64,000 bases of DNA from Narcine bancroftii (taxonomy: Eukaryota): NCBI RefSeq assembly GCF_036971445.1, contig NC_091471.1:26536001-26600000 (forward strand), given 5' to 3'. Under the pieces are notes generated by a model. That model searched no databases. It saw only the letters and a program-made list of their open reading frames with translations, and was not told the origin of the DNA. Shown piece by piece: positions 11,250 to 24,709 of this stretch (position 1 is the stretch's first letter; each line of letters opens with the position of its first letter). A program made the translations under genes and the position numbers.

Positions 11250-13505
11250 TGGCCTGGATTCCTCTCGCCTATCCCTGTCCAGATAACAATCTAAATATTT
11301 TAACTTTGTAACTGGACCCACCTTCAGCACTACCTCTGGCAGCCTGTTCCATACATCTCCAACCTCCGTGTAGAAAAACGTGCCTCTCAGATCCCCTTTA
11401 AAATCTTTCCGCTCTCATCTTAAGCTTATGTACTTTAGTTTTAGACTTCTCTACCCTTGGCAAAAAGATTATCTACCATATCCACATTTCTCATGATTTT
11501 ATAAACCTCTAAGATCACTCTTCACTCAGCCTCCTTTGTTCAAAGGAAAACAGATCACACCTACTCAATTTCCTTAAACTTCAAGCCCTCTGGTCCATGA
11601 CGACATCCCCATCAATCTTTTCTGCAGCCTTTTTAGCTTCATCAAATCCTTCCCAGAATGTGATAGCCAGAACTACACACAATACGCCAAGTGCGATCCA
11701 CCCAACAGCTTGCACAACTGGAACACAACATTCCAACTGTTATACTTGATCCTTTGACTGATAAAGTAAGCAAGTCATGCGCATTTTTCATCTCTCTATC
11801 TGCGTTGTCACTTTCAGGGAACCGTGTACTTGTACTCCAAGATCTCGTTGTTTAATATCACTCTAGGGATCTACATCACCTTTGTTGACCTCACCAAAGC
11901 CTTCAACACCGTGAGCAGGAAAGGGCTTTGGCAAAAACTAGAGCGCCTCGGATGCCCTCCCAAGTTCCTCAACATGGTTATCCAACTGCACGAAAACCAA
12001 CAAGGTCGGGTCAAATACAGCAATGAGCTCTCCGAACCCTTCTCCATTGACAATGGCGTGAAGCAAGGCTGCATCCTCGCACCAACCCTCTTTACTATCT
12101 TCTTCAGCATGATGCTGAAACAAGCCATGAAAGACCTCAACAATGAAGACGCTGTTTACATCCGGTACCGCACGGATGGCAGTCTCTTCAATCTGAGGCG
12201 CCTGCAAGCTCACACCAAGACACAAGAGCAACTTGTCCGTGAACTACTCTTTGCAGACAATGCCGCTTTAGTTGCCCATTCAGAGCCAGCTCTTCAGCGC
12301 TTGACGTCCTGCTTTGCGGAAACTGCCAAAATGTTTGGCCTGGAAGTCAGCCTGAAGAAAACTGAGGTCCTCCATCAGCCAGCTCCCCACCATGACTACC
12401 AGCCCCCCCACATCTCCATCGGGCACACAAAACTCAAAACGGTCAACCAGTTTACCTATCTCGGCTGCACCATTTCATCACATGCAAGGATCGACAATGA
12501 GATAGACAACAGACTCGCCAAGGCAAATAGCACCTTTGGAAGACTACACAAAAGAGTCTGGAAAAACAACCAACTGAAAAACCTCACAAAGATAAGCGTA
12601 TACAGAGCCGTTGTCATACCCACACTCCTGTTCGGCTCCGAATCATGGGTCCTCTACCGGCACCACCTACGGCTCCTAGAACGCTTCCATCAGCGCTGTC
12701 TCCGCTCCATCCTCAACATTCATTGGAGTGACTTCATCACCAACATCGAAGTACTCGAGCTGGCAGAGTCCGCAAGCATCGAATTCACGCTGCTGAAGAT
12801 CCAACTGCGCTGGGTAGGTCACGTCTCCAGAATGGAGGACCATCGCCTTCCCAAGATCGTGTTATATGGCGAGCTCTCCACTGGCCACCGAGACAGAGGT
12901 GCACCAAAGAAGAGGTACAAGGACTGCTTAAAGAAATCTCTTGGTGCCTGCCACATTGACCACCGCCAGTGGGCTGATCTCGCCTCCAACTGTGCATCTT
13001 GGCGCCTCACAGTTCGGCGGGCAGCAACCTCCTTTGAAGAAGACCGCAGAGCCCACCTCACTGACAAAAGACAAAGGATGAAAAACCCCAACCGACCAAT
13101 TTTCCCTTGCAACCGCTGCCACCATGCCTGCCTGTCCCGCATCAGACTTGTCAGTCACCAACGAGCCTGCAGCAGACGTGGACATACCCCTCCATAAACC
13201 TTTGTCCGCGAAGCCAAGCCAAGAGAGAGAGAGAGAGAGAGGGATCTACCATTTACTATGCAAGCCCGGATTTAACTTCCCAAATTACATCACCCCTCAC
13301 TTTCTTGATTACGTTCCATCTGCTCTTCCCTTGCCAACTTTCTCAGTTAATCTAGATTCTGTTGTAATAATAGATAATCTTTTTCATTGTCCACTGCGCC
13401 AATAATTTTGGTGTCATCTGAAAATGCATCAATTACACTGCTTAAAATTTCTTCCATATATTAAATCCACATGATAAACAATAAAGGATGCACCCCGTGG
13501 CAACA
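11250..13505 (-). mobile_element. Decayed CR1 3' portion hosting the RTE insertion
   Basis: CR1 RT/3' motifs (ccagaactacacacaatacgccaagtgcg; ttggtgtcatctgaaaa) flank the RTE. Confidence 0.65.
11875..13239 (+). mobile_element. 5'-truncated young RTE-clade LINE (RT and C-terminus), (GA)n tail
   Basis: Uninterrupted ORF 11824..13197 with FVDLTKAF, GVKQGCILAPTLF, LLFADN and a C-terminal C2H-type motif; 10-bp TSD AGGGATCTAC (11865-11874 and 13240-13249). Confidence 0.93.
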
Positions 13506-14204
13506 ACCTACCATTACCTCCTTTGGTTGAAATTCCTTTAGATTGAAAGTCTCACATTCTAGAATTTCCTCCCAAAATGTACTTGTCATGACCCCTCTCC
13601 TGCCTTAAAAATCAAGCTTCCAATCACCTTGCCCTAATACCTTTTTGTGCTTCAGCATTTAATGACCCCATAAAACAGAGTTTCTAAAATTCAAAGTAGC
13701 TATTGTGACAACAAAGTAGACTTTTTCCTCACTATGCCTTCATTGTTATACTTGACATGGATAACCAACAGACCATCTGTCCAAAATCACAAACAAATTG
13801 AGAAGATAAAGGAGCAAGCTAGAATTTTTTTTTAAATGGGAAAAATTACATTCTAAAGTGGAGAAAAATCAATTGTCTATACTTGCTAGTAATACCTAAA
13901 ATGAGAGGACACTATCCCTCGAGAGTGGGATTCTGAATTGAAAAATACATTCTTCACACTTCAGCTCGAACATTTAGGAGTAAAATCAATTTTTTTCTCC
14001 CAAATATCTATGAAGTCTACAGAACTTTTTTTGACTCGAGTCTAATATCATTTTGTCTAATTTTGATACCAAATGATAAGACAGATAAGCAAACATTAAA
14101 ATAAATCTGGGGGACTGACGTGTTTTATTACCCCCCCTGAAGAAATATTCTAAATATATATTCAACAAGGATACCTAAATAACAATTTGTTTTGAGGTTT
14201 CAAT

Positions 14205-14283
14205 TCTTTTCTTTTTTTTCTTTGGCTTGGCTTCGCGGACGAAGATTTATGGAGGGGGTAAAAAGTCCACGTCAGCTGCAGGC
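14205..14283 (-). mobile_element. Very short RTE 3' end
   Basis: Reverse complement of 55226-55290 (gcctgcagctgacgtgg...cgcgaagccaagccaaag) plus an A-rich tail. Confidence 0.9.
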
Positions 14284-14329
14284 GGATAAACAGAACATGT
14301 AACATCATGGGCTTTTTGCCAGCACTTAC

Positions 14330-14484
14330 TTGCTTCCGTTGATCATTTTGTTTAGAGCATCTCTGGAGATTATGTGGCCACAGACAAGTTTCATTGGTGG
14401 ATTAGATTCTGTGGTCTGTTGTCGAAGAATTGGGCAGGCAAATATCGAGTGATACCAACATTTTTTACCAAGGTCCACTTCTAT
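14330..14484 (-). CDS. RMND5A: RMND5A exon 8 (155 nt; degenerate RING, N-terminal half)
   Basis: tag|ATA GAA...AGC AA|gtaag; [51 protein letters not shown](K). Confidence 0.95.
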
Positions 14485-14944
14485 CTATAAAGTAATCAGA
14501 AAAAAATCAACTCGACACTTTGCACAAAATGAGCAATGCCTGAATAATTTAAAAGTCCGTAATTTCACTCATATAATGCAGATATGCATATAGAACACAC
14601 ACAACGTGCAGAAGATTATAAATTATGTAAAAATATTTTGAGTGCGTGTATTCAACCGCGTGGGTCTACTCAAAATTCCAACAACAAAAACAATTTACAT
14701 TTAAATGGGACATGAGACAAAGCACATACCAGTATCTGCCACAGTTAATCTCCTGCAATTAACACCCAATAAATTTTCCCCAGAGGCGTCAATCGCCTAT
14801 TATATAGATGATATCCTGCTGGAATACATTAATAAGCTTTGGAGAGGAATGAATTAAATAGATTGAAGACAGATTTAAGCAGGATTTTAATTCTAATGAC
14901 TCAAATCAAAAGCATTTGATATGTTAATCTCCTCCTTCAGGGAC

Positions 14945-15225
14945 GGGTCTGGGCAATTAACATTGATAAGGTGCAGTGCCCTAGCCAGAATGTCCAGTTT
15001 ATAGGAATACCATGGCATTCAGTACAAAGAGATATTCCTAAGATCAAAATTTCCCATGCCCACTATAAATTGAGTGCGTTCTCACATTGCCGCTATTACG
15101 TTCTAATGCTCGCTATAAATTGCGTATTTCCCATGCCCGCTCTCAATTGTGGGCGTTCTTTCAACATGTAAATATATTTACATACAGCGCGCACAGGGTG
15201 CCTGGTTTGTAAAATACACCAATAA
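14945..15225. mobile_element. Probable DNA transposon remnant with internal direct repeats
   Basis: Repeated tttcccatgccc(a/g)ct..aattg.g.gcgttct units. Confidence 0.35.
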
Positions 15226-15464
15226 TGCCAGATTTTTTTTTGGGTGGGGTGGGTGGGTAAGGGGTAGGAGAAGGCATGATCAAAGAGAATTTTATTAGAA
15301 GTAATGAAAAGTAGGATAAATATGTGCAGAGTTAATCAGCAAAACCCATCCATTCTTTTGGCTGCCATTTCTAGTCTGACTGCAAATTAATCAACACTAT
15401 TAAAAGCCTCTTATTTTTCAGGGGTTTACATGTAACCTAAAAGTAAACATTAATATGTACTTAC

Positions 15465-15567
15465 TGGCAGCTCATCTTTCTGGTTCCATACTCCAGTGCA
15501 CTGTCTCTGCTCGATGACTGCCTTAATGTTTATGAGAGCTGGCAAAGCAATACAACCTGCTGAAAAA
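15465..15567 (-). CDS. RMND5A: RMND5A exon 7 (103 nt)
   Basis: tag|T TTT TCA...CTG CCA|gtaag; [34 protein letters not shown]. Confidence 0.95.
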
Positions 15568-16489
15568 CTAAACAAACGATTCATAAAAGACAAGCAAATT
15601 AATACAAACATTTAAAATGTGCAGTTTGCTCTCAAATTGCACACATCAATGGTATATTCAAGAGTGAATTCAGAACGAACTTCTTTACCATTAGAATAGT
15701 GAAAATATACTATATTTTCAGTGAAGGATTGGCAAGGCAAAGTTTGATTTTATTTATTCATCAACAGAACACGAACATCCTTAAATCCAACATTTAATGT
15801 TCATTCCCTTATTGCTCTCGGCTCCAGGATAATGTTGGCTCCCAAGTACCAGAGACAAAAATGTCTGAGTAATTACAGAGGGAGAGAGTGAGCAGCTACA
15901 AAGTCGTACTATTCATTTGGTACAAACAACACAGATATAAAAAAGTGTTCTGATCCTGCAGAATAAATAGCAAGTTAGGCAATAGATTAGGCATCAGGGC
16001 CTCAAGGGTTCTAATCTCAGATTAATCCCCCACATTAGTGAGGGTTGGAATAGAAAAAAATAGGAAAAATTAACATGCGGCCAAAAAGCTGCTGCAAGTG
16101 GGAAGAATTTGGTTTCCTGGATTGATAAAATCTGTTCCAAGGCAGAGACAACTTGTGCAAAAAGGCACGAGCTGTACCTTATCTAGAAGTGGACTGATAA
16201 CCTAACTAACCTGGCAGAGGTGGGACCCTCAGTAATTTATGTATAGCAAGTGCTGAGAGGGAGATGGCTGAAGAAGGCTGCCTAAGGTTACAACAGGATA
16301 TTGATCAACCTTAGACAGCAGTTAAAAAGGCAGATGGAATTCAACTCCAATAAGTGCAAGTGCAAAGTTAAACCAGGGGAGGACAAACACAGCGAAGGGT
16401 AGGGAGCAATGTAAAGAGGCCTGGAGGTACAAGAAAACTGTTCCCTAGAAGAGGCAAAACAGGTTGATAGGGTGATAAAGTAGGTGTAT

Positions 16490-17955
16490 GACACCTTCCT
16501 CCACCTGGCAGAACTTGTTCTCACTTTAAATAACTTCTTTAACTTGTCTCATTGCCTCCAAATTGAAGGAGTAGCCATGGTTACCCAGATGGGTCCCAGC
16601 GACACTTGCCTGTTTTTGGGTTTTGTGGAGCAATCCATGCTACAAGCCTACACAGGCAAGACCCCTCAACTCTCCCTCTGGTATATCGATGACAACATTG
16701 GGGCTGCCTCATGCACCCATGATGAGCTTGCCAACTTCATCTACTTCGTGGCCACCCTGATCTCAAACTCACCTGGTCCATCTCCGATAACACTCTCCCC
16801 TTCCTGGATCTCTGCCTTCACCTCGGGAGACAAGCATTCCACTGACATATATTACAAACCCTCTAAATCCCACAACTACCTTGACTACACTTCCTCACAC
16901 CCTGTCCCCCTGCAAGGATCCCATCCCCTTCCCTCAATTTTTCCATCTCCACTGCATCTGTTCCCAAGATGAGGTCTTCCAGTCCAGATCTTCCAAAATG
17001 CCTGCCTTCTTACACAAATGTGACTTTCCTTCCACCACTATCAACTCAGCCCTCACCCACATTTCCTCCATTTCCCACTCATCTGCCCTGGCCCCAGACA
17101 CAACAAACATAGAATACCTCTCATCATCACCGACCACCCCACCAGCATCCGCATCCAACATATTATCTGCCGGAATTTCCAGCACTTACTACAGGATCCC
17201 TCCACCAGACATATTTTTCCTTCTCCTCCTCTCTCTGCCTTCCGTAGGGACCCTTCTCTCTGTGACTCCCTCATGCATTTATCCCTCCCCACCTATTGCT
17301 TCCCCCACCCCCAGCAGCCACAGGAGGTTCAACACGAGCCCACATCTGCCTCACCATGGTCCGGAGCCCCAAACAGGCCTTTCATGTGAAGGAACACCAC
17401 TTATTATCCACAGAAATATATTTACTGCATCCAGTGTTCCCTTTGTGGCCTTCTCTTCATTGAAGTGAATGTTCACAGATTGGGAGATCGCTTCGCTCAG
17501 CAGCTCTACTCTATCCATCACAACAGAAACTCCCCAGTAGCCAACTATTTTAATTCTGAGTCACACTCCCATACTCACATCTCTGACAATGGCCTTATGT
17601 ACTATTCCACCCTGACCACCCACAGAGTGGAGGAACAACACCTTATTTTCCTTCTGGGCACTCTCTAGCCAGATGGCATTAACATCGACTTCTCTGCTTT
17701 CTACTAACCTGCTCCCTTTTCTTTCCCCTCCCCCTTTCCAGTTCTCTAACCCTCCAACTACCTAGCCATCCCTCCCTATCGCTGCTGTCCCTATCTCCCT
17801 TCTCCACCTATCATCTCATGCCTTTGCCACACCTCCCCCATCTTTGCCAACTTTCTATCATTCCTTGTTGAAAAGCTCAAGCCTGAAATGTCAGTTATGT
17901 ATCTTTACCTTTGCTACACTATGACCCGCTGAGTTTTTCCAGCATTTTGTGTTTA
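16490..17955 (+). mobile_element. Decayed Penelope-like element inside CR1 fragments
   Basis: RT motifs GVAMVTQMGPS, WYIDD, STDIYYKP (16484..16972); GIY-YIG C-terminus RLGDRFAQQL...EEQHLIFLLGTL (17465..17668). Confidence 0.85.
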
Positions 17956-18904
17956 TACATGGACAGGAAAGGCTTAGAGGAATATGATCCAAATGCAGGA
18001 CAATGGGACTCGCTCGGAGAGACAACTTGGGCCAATGGACCCACTTCTGGGCTATAAAACTCTTAATCAGATGTCAGGGTAGGGTTTATGACAATTAGGT
18101 TCTCTTAGTCATCACTGTATCACAAATATTTCCTTCATGCTCAGCAACTTGAAAAATCTAGAATTCAAAATTTCTGGTGGATAATTGCTGAACTGAAACT
18201 TTGAAGACATATGGAAAGTGTTCAAATTTATTAATAACTGATGATTATAAAGCAGAAACTGGCAGTATTCAAATGCTGAACATAAGTATCTAGGGTTTCC
18301 CAAGGTTGATGGAGATAAATGAAGAAGAAATCAAAATTTCTCTCTACCCAATCAAACTGCATTTTTACCATAATTTAAAGAATTAGGGTGTTTGGATGCT
18401 CCCAAGCAGCACTGTCTGGTTTCCTAATGTCATCTTTCATTTCCTATGTATATGAGATATGCAAGTTAACCTTGTTGGGGGGGGGGGGGGGGGGTGGGGG
18501 GGCGGTTCGATTAATTGGGGGTGGGTCTTTTTTTCCTTTTTTTTGAGATATTTTGTTAAAATGGGTTAATTGAGATAAGAACACACAATTTACAATGAGA
18601 AGTACAAATTATGTCTTTTCTCATATTTCAAACCATATATTGGATTAATATATGTTTTTTTTTTATTAAACTCAATAAAGATATTAGAAAAAGAAAGAAA
18701 CTACATTTAACAGAAGGACCTAAAATGTAAATGCTTTCAAGAAAGGAAATTATTGAATTTCTCAACATTATGCCAAAACTTGATGTACTTAAATTCAAAT
18801 AGGTGCTAAAAATGCAGCTTATCACAATTGTTTGATTTAATGCCATAAGACACACTAAAAATATTAATGGATGAATGATCAATTCTTTCAATATTTATTC
18901 ATAC

Positions 18905-19070
18905 CTGACACTTAGTGGCGATTCTACTGAGAGACCAAGGAGAGAACAGGCATCCCTGGTGAAGATATCACAGATATCAGCCCACTGGTTAGAATCTAAG
19001 AGGTGCACATAGGGGGAGTTCGCTATTCCCTGTCTCAAGTAGACAAGACTTCCCATTAGCACCTGGATGT
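18905..19070 (-). CDS. RMND5A: RMND5A exon 6 (166 nt; CRA region)
   Basis: tag|AC ATC CAG...GTC AG|gtat; [55 protein letters not shown]. Confidence 0.95.
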
Positions 19071-19769
19071 CTATATATTAAAAAAAACACAAAATTAGAG
19101 TATATTCCTCAACTAAAAGAGTCACAACCCCAAATCAAAATTACTTTTCCAGTCTTAAACTTATAAGCTTTGATTCTAATTAAACTAGTGATCACGTAAT
19201 AGATTTGTAACATAATTTACCTTATTTCTTCTCCTATTATTTTGAATGAGGGATGTGTATTGGAAATGATTATATTGACAGAAAACTAATGTTGTCCGTA
19301 TATTTCTTTTGATTCAGGTACAATGAATACTATGCAATATAATGATCAGGAACATCTGCCATTCAATTCTCAATTTGTGCAAAATGAACAGACTTGGTCA
19401 GTGGCAATAATATGGATACAAGTCCTTTCAATTTTTAAGTTGGGAAAGTCAAAATTGTCTGGATTTCCCTTTGCTAATTAAACTCACCATGTGAAACAAA
19501 AATAGAAAATGCCGGGAGTGTTCAGTAAGTAACGCAGCAATGGTAAGGGTGTAGGAGGACAGTGGGGAGAGAGAAACATCATGCTGTTTCAAGACAAATA
19601 CACCTCAAAAGTCAAATGCTTTCTCATTTTTCAAGTGGAAATATGGGGAGGGCTGAAGATAAAAGAAACTGTAAAAGGAGCAATTGCTTTCAGAAAATAG
19701 ACAAAAGAGATAACCAAGAACAAATTGAAATAGAAAAAGCAACAACAGTGAAGACATCGGGAAAATCTA

Positions 19770-21160
19770 GTCGTCACCTTTATTTATCGTTCCTACCATA
19801 CTTGCACAGTAAAGAGGAGAGTGTTTCTCAAGGACCACAGAGCATATTTACATCAATAGAAGTTGGAATAGATGTTAAACACAGTCCACGGTACCCTAAC
19901 CACAAATGTTCTGGGAGTTCAGGAGTCTGATGGGTTGGGGGAAAAAAGCTGGCAGAAGGGAGAACAGTTTACATGAGAGGTGTGTGGAGTCCTTCACAAT
20001 AAAATGTTTATCGTCTTTTGCCTGGATCGAGTATTTAATATGTCCTTCGTGGTAGGAAGAGAGGCCCCCCCCCACAAATGATCTTTTCTGAATTCACTAT
20101 CCTCTGCAGGGTCTTGCGGTCTGACTACACTTCCAAACCAGATGGCAATGCAGTTGCACAGGATGCTCTCGATATATCCTCTATAGAATGTATTGAGGAT
20201 GGAGGGTGGGAGATGAACTTTCATTAGCCTTTGCAGGAAGTAAAGGCCCTGCTAGACTTTCTTGTCTATGGAAGTTGTATTAAGGAACCAGGTGAGATTC
20301 TCCACCAAGTGCATTCCAAATAACTTGATACTCTTGACGACCTCAACGGTGGAGCCGTCAATGGTCAGTGAAACGTGGTTCACCCTCACCCCGCCGCTAG
20401 GCCCTCTTGAAATTGACACCATCTCTTTTGTTTTTTTAACATTCAGATACGCTGACTCCTCATTCTTTCAAATCAGGCCCACCACGGTTGTGTTGTCAGC
20501 GAACTTGATGATGCGGTCTGAGCTGTTTAGCTGCATAGTCGTGGGTCAGTAGAGTGAACAGCAGTGGACTCAGCATGCAGTCCTGGGGGGCCCCCCATGT
20601 TCAGTTTGATGGTTTTGGAGGTGCTGTTACCAATCCGGACTGCTTGGGATATCCCCAACAGGAAGTTGAAAATCCAATTGCAGAGGGAAGTGTTTTGATC
20701 CAGGAGGCTCAACTTCCTTATCAGATACCGTGGTATGATTGAGTGAATGCCAAGCTCAATAAACAGCATTTGAACATACAAGTCCTTGTTTTCCAGGTAG
20801 GTGAGAGCTAGATGGAGGGCAGTAGTGATGACGTTGTCCATAGAGCAGGGGGGTCCTAGTCATGGGGTAGCAGGAGCTTGATGTGCCCCATCTCGAAGCA
20901 CTTCATGATGATGGACGTGACTGCGACAGAGCAGTAGTCATTGAGGCAGGACACAGACGAGTTCTTCAGCAAGGGGACAATGATGGAAGCTTTGAAGCAC
21001 GTTTTGACCATGGTGCTTCTCAGGAACATGTTAAAGATCCCAGTGACAACATCTGCTAGCTGAACCGCACATCCCCTGAGCACTCTGCCAGGAATGTTAT
21101 CCGGTCCAGCAGCTCTCCATGGGTTGACCTTGCTTACCTCTCTGCACACTGGCCTGGCGT
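19770..21160 (-). mobile_element. Rex/Babar-like LINE, decayed
   Basis: [33 protein letters not shown]...LCNWIFNFL, FYRGYIESIL (ORFs 20856..21149, 20527..20841, 19994..20224). Confidence 0.85.
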
Positions 21161-21479
21161 GATTATCAGAATTTGATGTATTGAATACTCACATCCAGTG
21201 CAATGTGCCCTGAAATTAGATAAAATTCTGTTCTTTCACCTTACTTTGGCCATTGTAGGTGGTTGAATATAAGAGTTTGGAGTGGAAGCGGGATGAAATA
21301 TCAGGGTCACCCTCGCACACCATACATAGTTACTGTCTGATCTTTGGTTTCCCTAGAGGATACTTCATTGTGACTCCTAATTCAATGCATCAAAATGTAA
21401 GAGGGGTAAATGAATCAAATACTTTTCCATGATAGAACTATTTTCAAAAAATATAAAGATCAGGTGTCGCAACTTCAAT

Positions 21480-23530
21480 TTAAGTGCTCGTGCAACCACT
21501 TTTTAAGTTGCTGTCAGCAACTATTTCCATCACATTCCAGGCAATGTATTTCATATACTCTACATTGTTTGAGTGGGAAAAGTCCCGATCAGATGCCTTC
21601 TCTCCCTTAAATTTTTGCCCTCTATTTTTATTCATCTTTGATAAAGAGAAAGGTTTCCAGCAGTCTATCCTATCTACACCCCTCAAAACATTATATACTT
21701 CACTCACGTCCCCTCTTAGCATCCTCTGTTCTAAGAAAAATTAACCCAATAGCTCCCATTTCCTTCATAAATGAAACACTCCATCCCACAAAATATCCTA
21801 ATGAATTTCTTTTGCACCTTCACCAGCATTATTGCATCCTTGTTGGAGCACGGTGACCAGAAATACATGCAGTGCTCCCGCTGAGGTCTGATCAAGGTTT
21901 TACAAAATTGAAGCTTAAACCTCCCCTCCCCACTTTTGCATCCATTTCTGCAATTAATGACCAATACCCCATAAGCCACTTAACCACATTATCCATCAAG
22001 AATCTTTGATACACTGACATTTCTTTGTTCCTCAACAATCCAAAGGATCCAACTATTCATGGAGTATGTCTAAGTGTTATTAGCATTTCTAAATGCATCA
22101 TCTTACATTTACCTGCATTAAACTCTGGCTATCATTTCTCATCCCATTTCATCAATACAATGTTTTTACCCTATGGCCTCAGACTACTCCCAGGTTAAAC
22201 AGTTTCATCAATCTTCGAGCCACCAGCAAAGCTATTGATCATGCCTCATATTCCATATTCACATCATTCACATATGTTACAAACACCAAAGGTCCCAGCA
22301 CTGATCACTTGAACTAGTTAAACATCCAATCACAAAAGCCATCTTTTACCATCACCCTCCATCTCCTATTTCCAAGCCAATTTAGCATCTTGCCCTAGAT
22401 CCAATGAGTCCTAATCTTTTGGCTCAGTCTCACATTTGATACCTTGCCAAATGTTTTAGTGAAGCTCATGTAAACCACATCTACTACACTGCACTAATCA
22501 ATACAACTCTAGCAAAATGACATACCCTTTTGGTTTCCAATCTCTAGCCATACAATCTCTTTTCAGGAGTCTTCTAGGATATTAAAGGAATACATTCCTT
22601 GACTCACAGTGCAATGCCATCTCATCTTTTACATCCTTTTGTCCTACATGAAAATTCTATATTCTGGGATACTGAGTTTTCTGTCCTGTGTATTTTTCAA
22701 CCATATCTCAGAGATTGCAACAATATCATTGTTTCAGCTGTTTATTAAAGGTTTGCCTTCTGGATTTGCTCATTTTTCTCCTCTCAGTGACTCCATCTCT
22801 TCATCTGAAAACCATTCTTCTGTCAATCCAATTTAAACCTTCCCCCAATAGCACTAACACAATTCCAATCAAGAATTTTGGTTCCATTTTGGATTAGGTA
22901 CAACTGGCATTCTCTGTCAAGGCCCCACCTTTCCTAGAAGGAGACCCAGTGCTTCAGGAAACTAAGAGATTCCTCCTACAGCATCTCTTCAGAAATTTAT
23001 CTGATCTATCCCTCTATTCCTAAACTCATTAGCTCATTATACTGGAAGCAATCCTTAGAGGTCCTATCTTTGAATGACAAACTAAATTCCTAAACTCGCG
23101 ATACAAGACTTTTCCTTTGTGTTGTTGGTACTAACCTCACCCTTCATAATGTCCTGCAGCTGCTCAGAGACATGCTTAAACATAGCACCAGGGAAGCAGC
23201 AAACCATCTGGAGTTTTCTTTGTAGCTACAGATGTGCTTACCTGCCCACTCCCCCACCACCACTCACTTTATAATATTCTAATACTGCTACTCCACCCCC
23301 ATTACCCACCACCCCCCACCTTATCCAGAAAAGTCCTCCAGTCAGGTAACAACCTGGGCTGTTTCTACTGCTTTCCATTGAGGGGCCCATTTCACACTCT
23401 AACAACGCTTTCCTACACGAAGAAAGGCAAGATCACAAGGCACCATCTGCCTTTTTTTGCACTGCCAATAATTGGTAAGTGATGTCATGTATGTACTCTG
23501 ACAATAAATCTGAATCTGCCTGCCCTTCCT
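21480..23530 (-). mobile_element. Decayed CR1 LINE
   Basis: KTLIRPQREHCMYFWSP and LRGDVSEVYNVLRGVDRI (21731..21979, 21480..21722); older 5' parts continue to about 23.5 kb. Confidence 0.7.
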
Positions 23531-23767
23531 AGTAGTCACCCATTTCCTTCTGGAAAAAGAAGCAAAGCAGGGAACTTTAGTACTAAAGCAAAGTTCTACA
23601 TATCCAAGCAAGATACAAGCATAGCTTGCAAGTTCCTATTGTTGCACCTTTGACTTGGAGAAAATGAAAATGGAAAAGGCTGTTCAAACCAAGAATGAGT
23701 TCAGCTTTGTGGAGAATGTTAGTGGAAGAATGTTGGTTGCACCTCTCTTAAAAAAAAAAGTATGGGC

Positions 23768-24709
23768 TGTTACGAGCCGAGAGGACCCATAAACCCAGCA
23801 GCAGTAGATATTCACCAAGACAAATGGTTACTTAAACAAAAGTTGCTTTTAATTATCTTTAAACATAAAAACAGAATCAAACTTAAACATCTATTATTAA
23901 CTTAACCTAACTCAACCCCATTCTAATTCTAAGCGCACATGTATAATGTATAATGTGGAAAAGTTCTTTGGTTCACAGTCCATTCTCACTTCTCATTCTT
24001 CCAAGTTCACTGGTTGCAGGTAATTCTTATACTGTGCACAGAATTTAACATTTATAAAGTTCATCAGGCTTTGGTACTCGAAAGGTAAATGGTTACTGCT
24101 CAGGAAGGTTCTTGTTGTTTTTCAGAGAGAGATGTGTTGTTCCAGGACAACCACAACTGATTTACTTTCATTAGTCACCTCAGTGCCTCCAGATGATAAC
24201 CTCTTTCTTTCAGGTCACCACAGAGTTTGTTTTTGTTTCTCTTATTCCAAGTAAAACATTAGAGAGCCAATCCTCTCCTCTTGCATGAACCACAAAGGGT
24301 TCGACCAAGCTATCTTTCAAAAGCTTGCCAACTTGTACTGTTTCAGTCCCAGCAACCTTTGCTGGCTGACACACTGTCAAGTGGTGTGTTTTTGTGTGTG
24401 TCTCACACACACACTGAGAAAGCCCGTTTGACTCTCCCTGCTTACAAAACCACATGACCCTCTTACAACAGAAAATTCTCCTTTCAGACAGCAGCGGCTC
24501 CAGCCTGCTCTTTCATCTGTTGCCTTGATAAACAATATTCCATTAGTGATGTCTCTTGAGCACTCTTCAAAGCTCTTGCAAAAAGGTGTGAAAAACCCTA
24601 CGTCTCCAGTATTTCAAATAAGATCTATTTTAAAGTGTTTGCCTGTGACTTACTCTAACAAACCTTTCCCAATTTATCTCGCAAAAACATTTCTAAATAC
24701 TCTGCCACA
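23768..24709 (-). mobile_element. Solo LTR
   Basis: TGTTA...CCACA termini with exact TSD GGGC; homologous to 1989-3022. Confidence 0.88.

Larger units (their letters stand above)
9190..11250 (+). mobile_element. Decayed CR1 ORF2 fragment split by a solo LTR
   Basis: CR1-like remnants (agtcacctgatcctggaggaatgcatcacagggtactgaaaga; gtggattgaaagacagcaaatgtca) on both sides of the LTR. Confidence 0.65.

Noticed and set aside
11824-13197. 457-aa ORF as a domesticated RT gene
   Set aside because: 5'-truncated RTE copy with TSD, simple-repeat tail and mutated catalytic motif; near-identical copies lie elsewhere in the window.
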